The notes beneath the pieces were generated by a model, which was not told where the DNA came from, ran no database searches, and saw only the letters and a program-made list of their open reading frames with translations. The translations under genes and the position numbers were made by a program. From positions 1 through 56,921 of IMG/VR virus record IMGVR_UViG_3300037294_000251: a stretch of DNA of 56,921 bases; one strand, 5' to 3'. Within the stretch, counting starts at the first letter, position 1; each line of letters starts with the position of its first letter. Source of the DNA: a virus (lineage: Duplodnaviria > Caudoviricetes). Shown here piece after piece: positions 18,368 to 28,500 of this stretch.

Positions 18368-19308
18368 TAGACCGACTCGATCTGCGCAATCAGCGTGCCA
18401 GCCGCAGAGCTTGCCGAGCCAGCTACGTCCGCAAACCCACGAACAGCTTGGCCGTGTCCGCTCGCTGCCGAACTAGCGCTACTCATGCTTACGCGGTTTC
18501 TGTCGATACTTGCACCAACTTCTGATCTTGTCTTGGCCGCCTCCAGTCGCATGGCCTCCCATGAAGTCTCTACGTCGTAATAACTTTTCAATGAGCTGTA
18601 ATAGGCGCTGTATGCTGCCGCTCGCGCTCGCGCTGCCTCGGCATCCTGCTGGTACACCTGATGCCATGCACGAAAGAAATCAGCACTGCTATTGAGCAAG
18701 CCCATTTTCAGTTGTGCGGCTATCTGCGCGGCGTGCTTTAGCAGTTCGACCTTAATGTCCGCATCCTTGATGGCTTGCTCGCGGCTCACGTCAAGAATAG
18801 CTCCGGTGGCGCGCTGCTCGGATTGTGCGATTGCGTCGACCATCGCGCCTGGCGGAAGCGAGAAACCTTTGACGCTGAATGCTGCTTCTAGGGTGCGCTG
18901 CTCGCTCTTGGTTGTTTGGTAGGCGCGGTCACGGGCTTGCGACCACACCATATCGAACACGCTTCGATCTGTGCCGAACGGCATTACGCCGCTAATCACA
19001 CTCGCGCACCAGTCCTCGTTAAGTGTCTGAAACGAACCATTAATCGCAGGGAAGTATTTGCCTAGCCAGCGGTCTACTTGGTCATTTAGCTCTGAGATAT
19101 TTGACTGAGTGTTATCGACACCCGAAAACAGGTCGGAGAATACTGGCGCTGTGGTGGCTGGACGTTTGCTGGGCGTAAAACTAAACCCAACCTCATCTAA
19201 GTTGGTGTTGCCTGCTCCAATCCGACCAGCGCTTAACGAGGCAAGGTTTATTGATCTTTCAGCCAAGCTAAAAAGCTCGCTGGTTGTCCCGCCGTATTCT
19301 TCGCTCAT
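18367..19308 (-). CDS. Putative virion structural/ejection protein
   Basis: 313 aa helical; GFSLPPGAM motif; coupled to neighbours. Confidence 0.7.
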   Translation of the reverse strand: MSEEYGGTTSELFSLAERSINLASLSAGRIGAGNTNLDEVGFSFTPSKRPATTAPVFSDLFSGVDNTQSNISELNDQVDRWLGKYFPAINGSFQTLNEDWCASVISGVMPFGTDRSVFDMVWSQARDRAYQTTKSEQRTLEAAFSVKGFSLPPGAMVDAIAQSEQRATGAILDVSREQAIKDADIKVELLKHAAQIAAQLKMGLLNSSADFFRAWHQVYQQDAEAARARAAAYSAYYSSLKSYYDVETSWEAMRLEAAKTRSEVGASIDRNRVSMSSASSAASGHGQAVRGFADVAGSASSAAGTLIAQIESV

Positions 19309-21212
19309 CGTTTCTGCCTCATTAGTCGTCTACCGGAAGCCCCGGCTACCCATTCGATGCTGTCTAGGTCGATATTTGTGGCTTCGGTAATATCCACGCG
19401 CAGCCGCCAGTGGCGCGAATTGGCACCCTTGCCGGCGTCGGCGCGGTACATATCGCCGCGATTGACTGCCTGATAGGTGTACTGGCTGCCGTCGTCGGCC
19501 TCTAGGCGAACAAGGGCCGTACCGTCGGTTGTCATGCCAAGGTAGAGGTTGCTGACGCGCTTTTGCTTGTTGGTGCCCATATCGTCGGCGGCGTACTCAA
19601 CCATCGCAGACAGTAGATCGCCATTGTCGGTGCGCCCGCCCAGTCGATAAATTCCATCCGCCTTCCAGCCGTATGCGCTTCCGCCGGCTGACGCAAAACC
19701 AAGAAAGCCGAAGTTGCTGTAGTTGGTTACAGCGCCAGTAGTCAGGTTGGTGGCGTACTGCAGAAGCTCGCGACGTAGGTAGTTCACATCGTCACTAAAG
19801 GCCGCGCCGTAAGTGATTAGCGCAGTAATCAGGGCGTTAAAGTCGTACTCGTCCACGATCCCGATGGCGTCATACAGCAGCGCATCAATCGAGAACACTG
19901 CGTCAAAGACCAGCCCGACACCAACCTCGTAGTTGATGATCCCGAACAGCACCGGGTCAAAAATATAAGCATCCACTGCCGCGACGAGTTGCGCATCGTC
20001 ATACCGGCCCGGCGCATTAGGCATGGATACGCCATTAACAGCCATTCCGGCGCTCTCGATAATCAGCCGCGCATCGGCATACCCGCCTTCGTCGGCGGCA
20101 GCTAGAGCAACATCCATCGCCATGTAAGCGCCACCAACACCTGTCTTGGTGCCCGTAGCTAGCATGGCCATGCCGACCATCATCACGGCGCCGCCATAGG
20201 AGATTTCTGGAAAACCGCCAGAGCCGGAAACAGTGAAGTCAGCCACCTCTGCGCGCATTTCCCCGACAGCAAAGTCAGACCCGCGACAGGCCATATCAAT
20301 GTTTAAGAAGGCTTCGCCGTCATTACCAACCGCTCGGCCTGACCAATCCCATCGCGTAGATACTGGGCCGCCTGTGATCTGCGACACGCCTGCATATGTT
20401 TTCCAATCCCACGCAGCAGGGTTCATGGATCGAGTGCGCCACTCCCAGCCGGTGCGCGCCGAAAACGACTCTGCATTTTCTGCTGCCGACCAATCCCAGT
20501 CAGCGCTCAGAAATACCGAATCAATCGCCGATAAAGCCGGAGAGTCAACGTAGTCCCCAGCCGCATACAGCTCAGCAAACAAGCTCACTCGACCGGTGGA
20601 CGGCGCCGCACTTATCACGGTTAAGTCACCGACGATGTAGGACACCGTTGTACCGATGCGCACAATCTGGACGCCCGAGGCATACCAAAGGTCGTCCGTA
20701 ATCATGGTGCGCAGAACACCGCTCTCTATCGGTCGGATGCCGGCGTCAGTGATATACAGCCCGTGCGTGATTGAGGCCAAGCTGCCAGAAGGTGACGACG
20801 ACTTACCTAACCCGCACGCCACGCCAACTGCATTAGCAGGGATATTGAACGACGCCACAGCATCGCCACTCACAAAGCGCTTACTGACCGCGCCCGAGTT
20901 CCATCCGGGGTTGCTGCCCAAGTCAAAATGCTCGTCAACACCAGTAACCGCCCGAATGGCCGGATAGCAAACAGTACTTGGTGCAGGCGCTGGAGGGCCG
21001 ACATAGGGTATTTTTGTTATGTAGGAATCGCCTGGTCCGCCGTAAGTGTAATACCCATACTCAGACGCTCCTCCTGCACCTCCGTCACCACCAAGTCCGC
21101 CGCCTTTCGATTTTGGCGGGCGCTGAGTAGTGCAAAACGCATCCCGACCTATTACCTCACGCACAGCGGGGACGTAGGTAAAGGTCGGGGTCTTGGTCAG
21201 GCGATTAGTCAC
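19305..21212 (-). CDS. Putative tail structural protein
   Basis: 635 aa in structural operon; C-terminus resembles tail nozzle/stabilisation proteins. Confidence 0.65.
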   Translation of the reverse strand: MTNRLTKTPTFTYVPAVREVIGRDAFCTTQRPPKSKGGGLGGDGGAGGASEYGYYTYGGPGDSYITKIPYVGPPAPAPSTVCYPAIRAVTGVDEHFDLGSNPGWNSGAVSKRFVSGDAVASFNIPANAVGVACGLGKSSSPSGSLASITHGLYITDAGIRPIESGVLRTMITDDLWYASGVQIVRIGTTVSYIVGDLTVISAAPSTGRVSLFAELYAAGDYVDSPALSAIDSVFLSADWDWSAAENAESFSARTGWEWRTRSMNPAAWDWKTYAGVSQITGGPVSTRWDWSGRAVGNDGEAFLNIDMACRGSDFAVGEMRAEVADFTVSGSGGFPEISYGGAVMMVGMAMLATGTKTGVGGAYMAMDVALAAADEGGYADARLIIESAGMAVNGVSMPNAPGRYDDAQLVAAVDAYIFDPVLFGIINYEVGVGLVFDAVFSIDALLYDAIGIVDEYDFNALITALITYGAAFSDDVNYLRRELLQYATNLTTGAVTNYSNFGFLGFASAGGSAYGWKADGIYRLGGRTDNGDLLSAMVEYAADDMGTNKQKRVSNLYLGMTTDGTALVRLEADDGSQYTYQAVNRGDMYRADAGKGANSRHWRLRVDITEATNIDLDSIEWVAGASGRRLMRQKR

Positions 21213-21215
21213 TGA

Positions 21216-21653
21216 TTAGCCTGCTGTAATAGCGACAACGTAGAAGTTGATTTTGCGCTCGTCACCTTCCAGAAAATCTATGTCACTGAATTGCAGGTCA
21301 GTGCCGATGATGCCGACAGACCCCTGAATACGGATAGCCGTGCTTGACGCATCGCCTGCGTCACCAGGCAAGGTCTGCCGGAAAAACGATGGCGTGCCGC
21401 TAGCCAGAATGCTTCCACGCCACACTTCATTAGTATTTTTGGTCAGCTGACCTTGGCTTGAGGTGTTATTCATGGTGATTGCCGTGCCGAGACCATCGAC
21501 CGTGATACGGCATAAGTGAACTGCAGCGCCTAGTGCGGAATCAGCTGACACAGGCTCAGCGCCACCAAAAATATCCACCACTGTATTTGCCAGCGCGTTT
21601 TTAGCTGAGCCGGTGGCCAGCAGATAATCACGAAAACCTGTACTGCGTTTCAT
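21216..21653 (-). CDS. Putative virion structural protein
   Basis: MKRSTGFRDYLL...GTPSFFR...IRIQGSVG pattern; coupled ORF. Confidence 0.7.
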   Translation of the reverse strand: MKRSTGFRDYLLATGSAKNALANTVVDIFGGAEPVSADSALGAAVHLCRITVDGLGTAITMNNTSSQGQLTKNTNEVWRGSILASGTPSFFRQTLPGDAGDASSTAIRIQGSVGIIGTDLQFSDIDFLEGDERKINFYVVAITAG

Positions 21654-22030
21654 GCCGCACCTCCGATCACTAATTCACCTGCGGCGATGCGTGCTGCACC
21701 TCCTGTTAATAGCATGCGCGCCGCTGCCAAAGGCAGTACCACCAAGCTGTTGCCTAAGTTGTCTAGAACGGAAACAAACGAATAGCTGTAGCCTGCCGAT
21801 GCAGTCGGGAAAACTATGTCGGCACTGTTGGAGACTGAGCCTGCACCAGTATCGTGCGTGAATGTCACGCTCTGGCGCGCATAACTGCCAACAGCAATCT
21901 CATTGGCGCCGGTATTACCGGGATCACCTGAGTGCAGTAAGACCTGCCATGAGGTCGGACGGGTAGCCGCGGCGAAGGTTGTTAGTTGGTGCGCAAGCGT
22001 CAAGTTGCGACCGGCGAGTGTCATGCCCAT
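21650..22030 (-). CDS. Putative virion structural protein
   Basis: LHSGDPG..GANE..YARQSVTF..SNSADIVFP pattern common in phage tail modules. Confidence 0.7.
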   Translation of the reverse strand: MGMTLAGRNLTLAHQLTTFAAATRPTSWQVLLHSGDPGNTGANEIAVGSYARQSVTFTHDTGAGSVSNSADIVFPTASAGYSYSFVSVLDNLGNSLVVLPLAAARMLLTGGAARIAAGELVIGGAA

Positions 22031-22040
22031 AAGTTAATCC

Positions 22041-22586
22041 TCAAGAGGCGCTGATAAGGGTAAGCACGGCGCCGAGCCGAAACACGGAGCCGGCTGGCAC
22101 GTCATATGGGGTTTGGAATCGAGCAATGGAAAGCAGCGTTCCGCTATTCCCGCCCTTGGTGCTGTTGGACACCAGAAAAGCTGTGCGTAAACGCTTGGCG
22201 GCGGTAAACGTGAACTCTGCGCGACTGGCAATGCTGCCGATCTGCGACACGCCATCAAAGGAGTTGCTCCAAATAGGCCGAGCCGCCTCGCTGTAGGCGG
22301 TAGATTCGACCACCGAGCCGGGAAGGTCTGCAGACGTAGTGGCCGAAGACGGCACAAAGTCGCCCTCGCCTACGCCGATATACCACGATGAAATTGGTAC
22401 TCCGGTGCCGCGAATCATGGCGGCAATGTGGCTAATACCGCTTTGTGGTACGACATTCTTAGTTGGCGGCAGGGTGATAACGCTCCCATCCGGGAGCACT
22501 ATATCCGCGTAATACACCACGCCAAATTTGACGCGGCGCAAGGCTGCAATGACGCTCTTCCAAGCGGCTTTAAATGCTGAAATCAT
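22041..22586 (-). CDS. Putative virion structural protein
   Basis: 181 aa; NVVP..G..WYIG..GTLLSIARF pattern. Confidence 0.7.
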   Translation of the reverse strand: MISAFKAAWKSVIAALRRVKFGVVYYADIVLPDGSVITLPPTKNVVPQSGISHIAAMIRGTGVPISSWYIGVGEGDFVPSSATTSADLPGSVVESTAYSEAARPIWSNSFDGVSQIGSIASRAEFTFTAAKRLRTAFLVSNSTKGGNSGTLLSIARFQTPYDVPAGSVFRLGAVLTLISAS

Positions 22587-23779
22587 GGGGTTATTACCTC
22601 GCCTTCGTAGTAATCGGTAGCGGCAAGAGGGTTGTCCCTGCGCGCACTGTTTAAGGTGGTCACGACAAGCTGATTACCGTTGTACTCAAGCAGCCCGCTG
22701 GCCCCGCCCGATGCTTGCTCGGGAGCAAAGTTCTTTTCGCTGATTAGCGCGATAGAGCCTTGCGCATCACCAACCGCTATCCCGTAGCGCGTCATCCACG
22801 CCACGCGGCCATCAGGAAGCTCGGTGACGGTGCCAGCGACAGCGCCGTAAGGCAGTCGCTCCGACTGATTTGGTTCGGCTGTCTCAATACCGGAAAGGAA
22901 ATAGGTTTTATCCGCGCAGACGTAGATGCCGCCAGCGACAGGCGCCATCACTGATATGGCGGACGGGTATTGGAAGAACGCGCGCATAGGGCTGCGAAGG
23001 TGCGGCCGGAAGGGTTCGCTATGCCAAAGCACGCTACCGTCGACAGAAACAATGACGCCGTTAATTGACGACAGTGAATCAGCGGGCTGCGGCTCAACCA
23101 TGAACTGAGTGCTAAGCCGCGCACCCGAGGTATCAATCGACACAAGGGTGAACTCTCCGGCTCCATCATACTGAAGGTACGGGGTAGATCCTGCGTTATC
23201 ACTGACGTACAGCCGTGCGCCAGAAGGCAGGCTAAAGGTCAGCGACGAATTGTCGGGCACGGTGATCGACATTGATCCGCTTGTGCCGCCCTCATCGCCA
23301 TCAAGCAGCAAGGTCATGGTGATCTGGTAAGTGCCAGCTGGCAATCCGCCCGCACCGATAATGGGAACCGGCTGAGCGATAACGGTAGGCACGCCCCAGC
23401 GCCGAACCCGAGCGCCGTCATAGCGAAGGCACTGATTCTCGGTGCTGATAAACAGCTCGTCATTGAACACGGCGGCGCTAAACCGACCTGCCCCGGCAAT
23501 GGTTGCGATGCTCTGCGTGCTGTCGGTGTGTTGGTTGTAGCTGCGCAGTTGGTCCCCGTCAGCGAATACAACCTCGTTGCGGTAGCCAATAGCGCCACGA
23601 ACCGCTGAGCCGCTGGCGGCCGCCTCAAAGCCTGCGCGCAAACCAAGAACGCCACCGGGAAGCGGGTCAAGGTTGACCAGCCGGCGTACAAAGCCTTCGG
23701 GCATCGCCTGCTCTGCCGACTTGTTGTCGATCCCACCGGGCCATGTAGCTCTGCGTGTAAAGTCCATTGCCACCACCAA
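22583..23779 (-). CDS. Putative tail stabilisation/nozzle protein
   Basis: 398 aa beta-rich; N-terminal WPGGIDN..P..R..N.D pattern; first gene after a late promoter motif. Confidence 0.65.
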   Translation of the reverse strand: MVVAMDFTRRATWPGGIDNKSAEQAMPEGFVRRLVNLDPLPGGVLGLRAGFEAAASGSAVRGAIGYRNEVVFADGDQLRSYNQHTDSTQSIATIAGAGRFSAAVFNDELFISTENQCLRYDGARVRRWGVPTVIAQPVPIIGAGGLPAGTYQITMTLLLDGDEGGTSGSMSITVPDNSSLTFSLPSGARLYVSDNAGSTPYLQYDGAGEFTLVSIDTSGARLSTQFMVEPQPADSLSSINGVIVSVDGSVLWHSEPFRPHLRSPMRAFFQYPSAISVMAPVAGGIYVCADKTYFLSGIETAEPNQSERLPYGAVAGTVTELPDGRVAWMTRYGIAVGDAQGSIALISEKNFAPEQASGGASGLLEYNGNQLVVTTLNSARRDNPLAATDYYEGEVITP

Positions 23780-23827
23780 AACAGGATTTATGCACTAGCT
23801 TGTAGCTACTCAGTGCAATCAATTTGA

Positions 23828-23864
23828 ATGATCTAGCGATGCTTATTTAAGAGCGAACCCTACA
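23828..23864 (-). promoter_or_regulatory. Late promoter motif copy 2 (TGTAGGGTTCGC-N19-GATCAT)
   Basis: Exact 12-mer at 23853-23864. Confidence 0.7.
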
Positions 23865-24393
23865 GGCTACTTACCGGAATCAGGCCGATGGCGAGCATCT
23901 GCACAACGGCCTGCGGCGAGGTCATGCGCGTCGGCAAAAGTGCCAGCGCAGCGGCCACGATTTTGCGTGCATCTGATAGCCGCATACTTTTCTCAGGGCG
24001 TAAAAAAGCCCGCGCTGGGCGGGCATATATAGCGGCCATGACATGACTCGGAAAGTTAAATTCCGGCGAAGCAGGTATGGCTGGCTTACTCGATAGATCG
24101 TCATAGCTACCACTGATGGCAACTTCTGATAGTGATTCAAGCTGAACTGCAGAGTCTGCCTTTGTGCCCTGCTCTTGCGTAGCAGCCCCAATTTCTGAAG
24201 GTGTCGGCTTGGCATGTGCATGATCGGAGCGAGAGGCATCTAGTGATACGCCAGGGGATGCAGCGCCGAGTGGTTGCGGCGCCGCATCACTTACAGATGC
24301 GCCCCCACCTTCATTCACAACAATAAATGTTCTAAGGCCTGCGGCTAGTATCTGTCGCGCAGGGCGATGGATTACAAAAACTAAGTTACCCAT
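23860..24393 (-). pseudogene. Chimeric remnant: tail-fibre fragment, terminator-like hairpin, and N-terminus of a second endolysin-like gene (ATG 23985)
   Basis: SRSDHAH/EIGAAT..QG.KADSAVQ/SGSYDDLSSKP fibre motifs; hairpin plus T-run at 24002-24024 inside the ORF; ALALLPTRMTSPQAVVQMLAIGL resembles a Pseudomonas phage endolysin start. Confidence 0.5.
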
Positions 24394-24432
24394 GATTCAC
24401 CAAAAATCAGAGCCATTTCCTGGCGGTTAAAG

Positions 24433-24933
24433 TTAAGCGCTGAGAGCGGCAGCCAGAGCGGCGTTCAGCACTGCCGAGCCAAGCTGCTGCCCCATAGTTC
24501 CGGGCGCTTGATGTGCAGCAGCAAGGGCAGCCCACACAGCTTCGGCGACTTGCTCGGGGGTTAGGCTTGAGCCGCCACCCGCCGAAAATGCCTGTGCCTG
24601 CACTGGCACGGTGTATTGCACGCTGACGTTGAAGCTACCGAGCGTGTTGACTACAGGTGCGCCGCCGCCCTCAACGAACAGGTTCCCAGCCAGTACCAGC
24701 AAGTGGTCTGCCTCCATTGGTCGCACGCGCCATGCACCTTGCAGGAAGTAATACGGCGGGATTGCCAGCCCGCCGCCCAAGTCATCCGAACCAACTTGTC
24801 GGATAACCAAGCCCCATTTGATGTTGTCACCCTCTGCCGCCCAATCCATCCAGCGACTGTAAATTTCGGTCGCGGTCACGGTCGAGCTATCGAGAATAAT
24901 CCGTTTGGTTGCCGCGTCGAAGAGGATGGCCAT
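24433..24933 (-). CDS. Putative tail-associated protein
   Basis: 166 aa, TAATG coupling. Confidence 0.7.
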   Translation of the reverse strand: MAILFDAATKRIILDSSTVTATEIYSRWMDWAAEGDNIKWGLVIRQVGSDDLGGGLAIPPYYFLQGAWRVRPMEADHLLVLAGNLFVEGGGAPVVNTLGSFNVSVQYTVPVQAQAFSAGGGSSLTPEQVAEAVWAALAAAHQAPGTMGQQLGSAVLNAALAAALSA

Positions 24934-26285
24934 TACGCATAAACCCTGTCCTGCTCGGCTACCAGCGACAGCGCGATGCCTTTGCTGCGAGTAAGTACGC
25001 CAGTAGCGGCCACATACTTGCCACCACCTGGGCGCACGCCGATCAGTGTTACTGGGCGATCAGTAGCCGCGGCGAATCCGGCTTGCACGTTGCCGTCATA
25101 GTCGTAGTCAAATCCGATACTGGCACTGCTTATGGTGCCGGTAATCGGCACGCCCGCAGCGTTATTCACCGTTACGGCGCCCGCCTCGCCAAAGTCATTG
25201 CCCGCGCCCGGTGGCGCAGTGAACATTAGGCGGTAGCTTGAGCCGGCGCCAACCAGCGGTGCGTTAAAGCTAATGGTGCCGGCGGCGGTGTATGGGTTTT
25301 CGCGGAAGGTTCCGCTGTCGTCTTTGAGCTTAACCCGGTTGCTATCGGCACCTTGGATGTTATCGATGTACACCGAGACGGTTGTTTCTAGCGTGTCACC
25401 CACAAACCCCAGTAGCGCTGATGCTGTCTTGCCAGTGATTGCGCCAGCCGTGCCCGCGGTATTGATGTTGCTGTTCTGGCGCAGCAGGTACTGCACTTTG
25501 GTGTAAATCTGCTCAAGCGTGGCGCCGTTGCCGGCCACAATGATCTTGAAGCTGTAGTTTGTGCCGCCGACTGCGCGTACTTGGTTGGCCGTGTAATAGC
25601 TAACGGTAATGCCGCTGTATGGCGCGCCAGACATAGCAGCATCGCTTGCCTGAATTTTTAAGTCGCTCTCATTGGACAGCAGCAGGTTGACCAAGTTAGC
25701 GCCGGTCGCAGTTTTGCCGGTGTCGGCCAGTACGCTGTCTTTGTACTTTTTACCCTGCTCGCGCACGAAGCCCTTGAAGTAGGTGCGCTTATCGAAGTTG
25801 CCGTTGGTAGTATCACCGAATACCTGAATGCCTTCATTGCACTGGTCGACGAAGGTGAAGTTGATAGGCGCATCTACTGCAGCGCGCTGATAGTAGAGCT
25901 GCGCGCCCGCAGACACAGCGCCAAGCCCAACGATACCCACATAAACCCGCTGCAATACACCGGCTCCGCTGTACTCAGACCAGCCGCCGTCGCGCAGCAT
26001 TTGCCGACTTGCATCGGTGGCAAATGTCCAGCCGCTATAGGTTGCTCCATCTGTACCAATCTGAAACTGCCCCGATAGGGCGTCGATGGCATAGGCTGGG
26101 AAAGGGCTATCTTGATACGAGGCAGTAGCCCACAGGTCAACCAGCTTTGAATAGAGCGCCTGCCACGTCACGCCGTCTTTAGCCACCAGATTACCGGCCA
26201 CGTTGAGCGTGATAGTGCGCGCCACCTCGTTTACGGTTAACTCGGTGCCGACATTAAGCTGCGCCTTGCTGGTGATTTTGGCCAT
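24933..26285 (-). CDS. Putative tail fibre/spike-associated protein
   Basis: 450 aa Gly/Thr/Ala beta-rich; ends EQDRVYA. Confidence 0.7.
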   Translation of the reverse strand: MAKITSKAQLNVGTELTVNEVARTITLNVAGNLVAKDGVTWQALYSKLVDLWATASYQDSPFPAYAIDALSGQFQIGTDGATYSGWTFATDASRQMLRDGGWSEYSGAGVLQRVYVGIVGLGAVSAGAQLYYQRAAVDAPINFTFVDQCNEGIQVFGDTTNGNFDKRTYFKGFVREQGKKYKDSVLADTGKTATGANLVNLLLSNESDLKIQASDAAMSGAPYSGITVSYYTANQVRAVGGTNYSFKIIVAGNGATLEQIYTKVQYLLRQNSNINTAGTAGAITGKTASALLGFVGDTLETTVSVYIDNIQGADSNRVKLKDDSGTFRENPYTAAGTISFNAPLVGAGSSYRLMFTAPPGAGNDFGEAGAVTVNNAAGVPITGTISSASIGFDYDYDGNVQAGFAAATDRPVTLIGVRPGGGKYVAATGVLTRSKGIALSLVAEQDRVYA

Positions 26286-26458
26286 TAGTCAATTTCCTGT
26301 GCGTCGATAACGTAGTTGCTGTTGCTTAGCCGAAGCGAGCCGTCTGGCTGGGCCTGCACTTTATCGGGATAGAAGCTGAAGCCATCAAAAACCATGGGCT
26401 TGTCAGGGTCGAACTCGCGGCCAATAAAGCGCCCATCCGTGGTACTCACGATCTGCAT
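26285..26458 (-). CDS. Small hypothetical tail-module protein (57 aa, MQIVSTTDGRF...QEID)
   Basis: Translated by hand; fills the gap with overlapping start/stop on both sides. Confidence 0.65.
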   Translation of the reverse strand: MQIVSTTDGRFIGREFDPDKPMVFDGFSFYPDKVQAQPDGSLRLSNSNYVIDAQEID

Positions 26459-28059
26459 CATGGGAGGTAGCTCCGGTCTATTTCTAAGCTGACGGGAATT
26501 GCAGTGTTTGTTGCTGCAAGCTGAAGGCTGCGCAGGTATCGAAGCTTATAGCCGGGCTTGATGATGCCAACATCAACCAGCGGAGTACCTATGTACTCAA
26601 ACTCAAATGTGGTGCCGGCCAGCTCGTCTGCCTGTACCAATACTGTCGAGGTGCCGGCCTCCAGTACCACAACGTCGCAGCCAGTCGGCATTCCTGTAAG
26701 GGTAAGTTTCGTCCCAGCCGCAATAACTGTTATTCCGCCTCCGGCCGTAGTAGCGCTGTAGAGCATTCCGGCGGGCAGAATTACTACCACCGCATTTATA
26801 GCCGAGTTATTGCGCACCTTTAGCGTGTACCCACTTGGCACTGTAATTTTAGGAAGCTCATAAGTGCCGGCGCCACCCGCGCCCAGCTCAATATCGTAGC
26901 TAGCAGTGGGATTGTTAAGCCGCGTAACTAGTGATGAATAAACACCGGCACCAGATAGAATTTTAAGCCCCGTGGTTTTCGCTCCACGAATCACACCGTC
27001 AGTGATAACAGTCGAAGCTGTAACCTCAACTGCACTACCGCAGTCGTTCCAAATGCAATCTGTGTAAATTCCGTGCGCAGCCCTAAAACCATCGGCGCGC
27101 CAGAACTGCACGCGAGTAATAACAGCCGAGCCAGAGCCAGACAACTCCCACTGCCACCAGCCCGCCGATGCAATCGAGCCGTCAGTAAGAGCAAGTATAT
27201 CGGACGCGGACTGAATGACCTCGAAGGCTCGCACATGCGCCGGTCCGTGCAAAATCCAAGGGCCAGTGCTGCGGAATGCAGGTGAAAATTCATGCGGGTT
27301 TTCAAAGCCGATAGCGAAGTTTGAGTCAGTTAAGTTTGTTGCCGTTACGCCATCGCCAATAGTCAGGCCGATTCGTGCGCTAAAGATTGTTTGCGCGGCA
27401 GACTGCTGGTATTGAGGCAATACTGCGAGTAGTGCTGGGTCATAGATGTTGCTAGCCCATAGCTGCTCTATCCCTTGCGCAAAAGTTGTGAGCGTTTCTG
27501 TTCCCGTCATAGACGGGGCGTTGCGCTTGACTGGCTTAAATATGCTCATATCTTTTCGATATGCAGTAATGGTTTTTGTAGAGCTTTCAATCGCAACGAT
27601 GTTCGACCAGTTGATTACCCCGGACGATATAGCGGGAGGGCGAAACCTTGAGACATAAAAAGTAACCATCGCTGCGGCGTTACTAACCAAATACCCTTGT
27701 ACTTTTCCAGCGTTATAGTCCGGTACATCTCCACCGTACAAATTGAAGCCTGCATAGGCTCCCGCTCCATCTACAAAAATTACACGCATACCTCCGTTAG
27801 CAATGGTGTCCATTCCTTCGGCAGGGTTATACGTGCTGCAAAAGTGCTGCAGCCCGATGTAGTCATAGCCTGTAAAGTCCAGCGGTGACGGGTATGACAA
27901 GCGCATACCGTAACGACCGACGAGAGCTGTTAGGGTGTCAAACCGTGGAAAGATGTTTGTTATGTAAGACGCCGCTGCCGCGCCCTCGATAAGTGGCGCG
28001 GTCGGGGTCTGCGAGGTGGATGCAGGGAACAACCCAACGGCGTTTGTATTAGTTGCCAT
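26458..28059 (-). CDS. Putative receptor-binding/tail spike protein
   Basis: 533 aa beta-rich, visibly more AT-rich; ends EIDRSYLP. Confidence 0.6.
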   Translation of the reverse strand: MATNTNAVGLFPASTSQTPTAPLIEGAAAASYITNIFPRFDTLTALVGRYGMRLSYPSPLDFTGYDYIGLQHFCSTYNPAEGMDTIANGGMRVIFVDGAGAYAGFNLYGGDVPDYNAGKVQGYLVSNAAAMVTFYVSRFRPPAISSGVINWSNIVAIESSTKTITAYRKDMSIFKPVKRNAPSMTGTETLTTFAQGIEQLWASNIYDPALLAVLPQYQQSAAQTIFSARIGLTIGDGVTATNLTDSNFAIGFENPHEFSPAFRSTGPWILHGPAHVRAFEVIQSASDILALTDGSIASAGWWQWELSGSGSAVITRVQFWRADGFRAAHGIYTDCIWNDCGSAVEVTASTVITDGVIRGAKTTGLKILSGAGVYSSLVTRLNNPTASYDIELGAGGAGTYELPKITVPSGYTLKVRNNSAINAVVVILPAGMLYSATTAGGGITVIAAGTKLTLTGMPTGCDVVVLEAGTSTVLVQADELAGTTFEFEYIGTPLVDVGIIKPGYKLRYLRSLQLAATNTAIPVSLEIDRSYLP

Positions 28060-28500
28060 CTACACCACCTCCTGCATGATCGCGGCCAAGCTGCCATCTT
28101 GGCTATAGGTAAAGGTCTTGCGCGTAGTCACTGCGCCGACAACATAGTCCAGCTGGACGAGTACGCCGGCGGCATAGATGAAGAGCTTGTACGCACCGCT
28201 GGCGTAGTCGATGCGGCTAACACGGCCTGCGGTGTAGGTGAATGCGGGGGATGTTTCGCCGGAAGCGCCATCGTCGCCTTTTCGGCCTGGTATCCCCGCA
28301 GCAATTACGTGGCTCTTGGCCTTCTCAATAACAATTAACTTTGCAGGAGCTATTTCGGTAGGAGTTATGGCTGATACAGCTGACTTGATAATGATTTGGT
28401 GACGCTCTGTCGGCGCAGCAATTATCCCCGGCTTTACGTCCGCGATCGCAGTAACTGCCGCGCTGCTTTGCGGCACTATCACCAGCTGCGTATCGCTCAC
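28060..28500 (-). CDS. Putative tail protein with short collagen-like GxxGxxG stretch
   Basis: GIPGRKGDDG; coupled ORF. Confidence 0.6.
   Translation of the reverse strand: MSDTQLVIVPQSSAAVTAIADVKPGIIAAPTERHQIIIKSAVSAITPTEIAPAKLIVIEKAKSHVIAAGIPGRKGDDGASGETSPAFTYTAGRVSRIDYASGAYKLFIYAAGVLVQLDYVVGAVTTRKTFTYSQDGSLAAIMQEVV

Noticed and set aside
14905-28500. Diversity-generating retroelement or invertible tail cassette
   Set aside because: No reverse transcriptase, invertase or template/variable repeat pair seen
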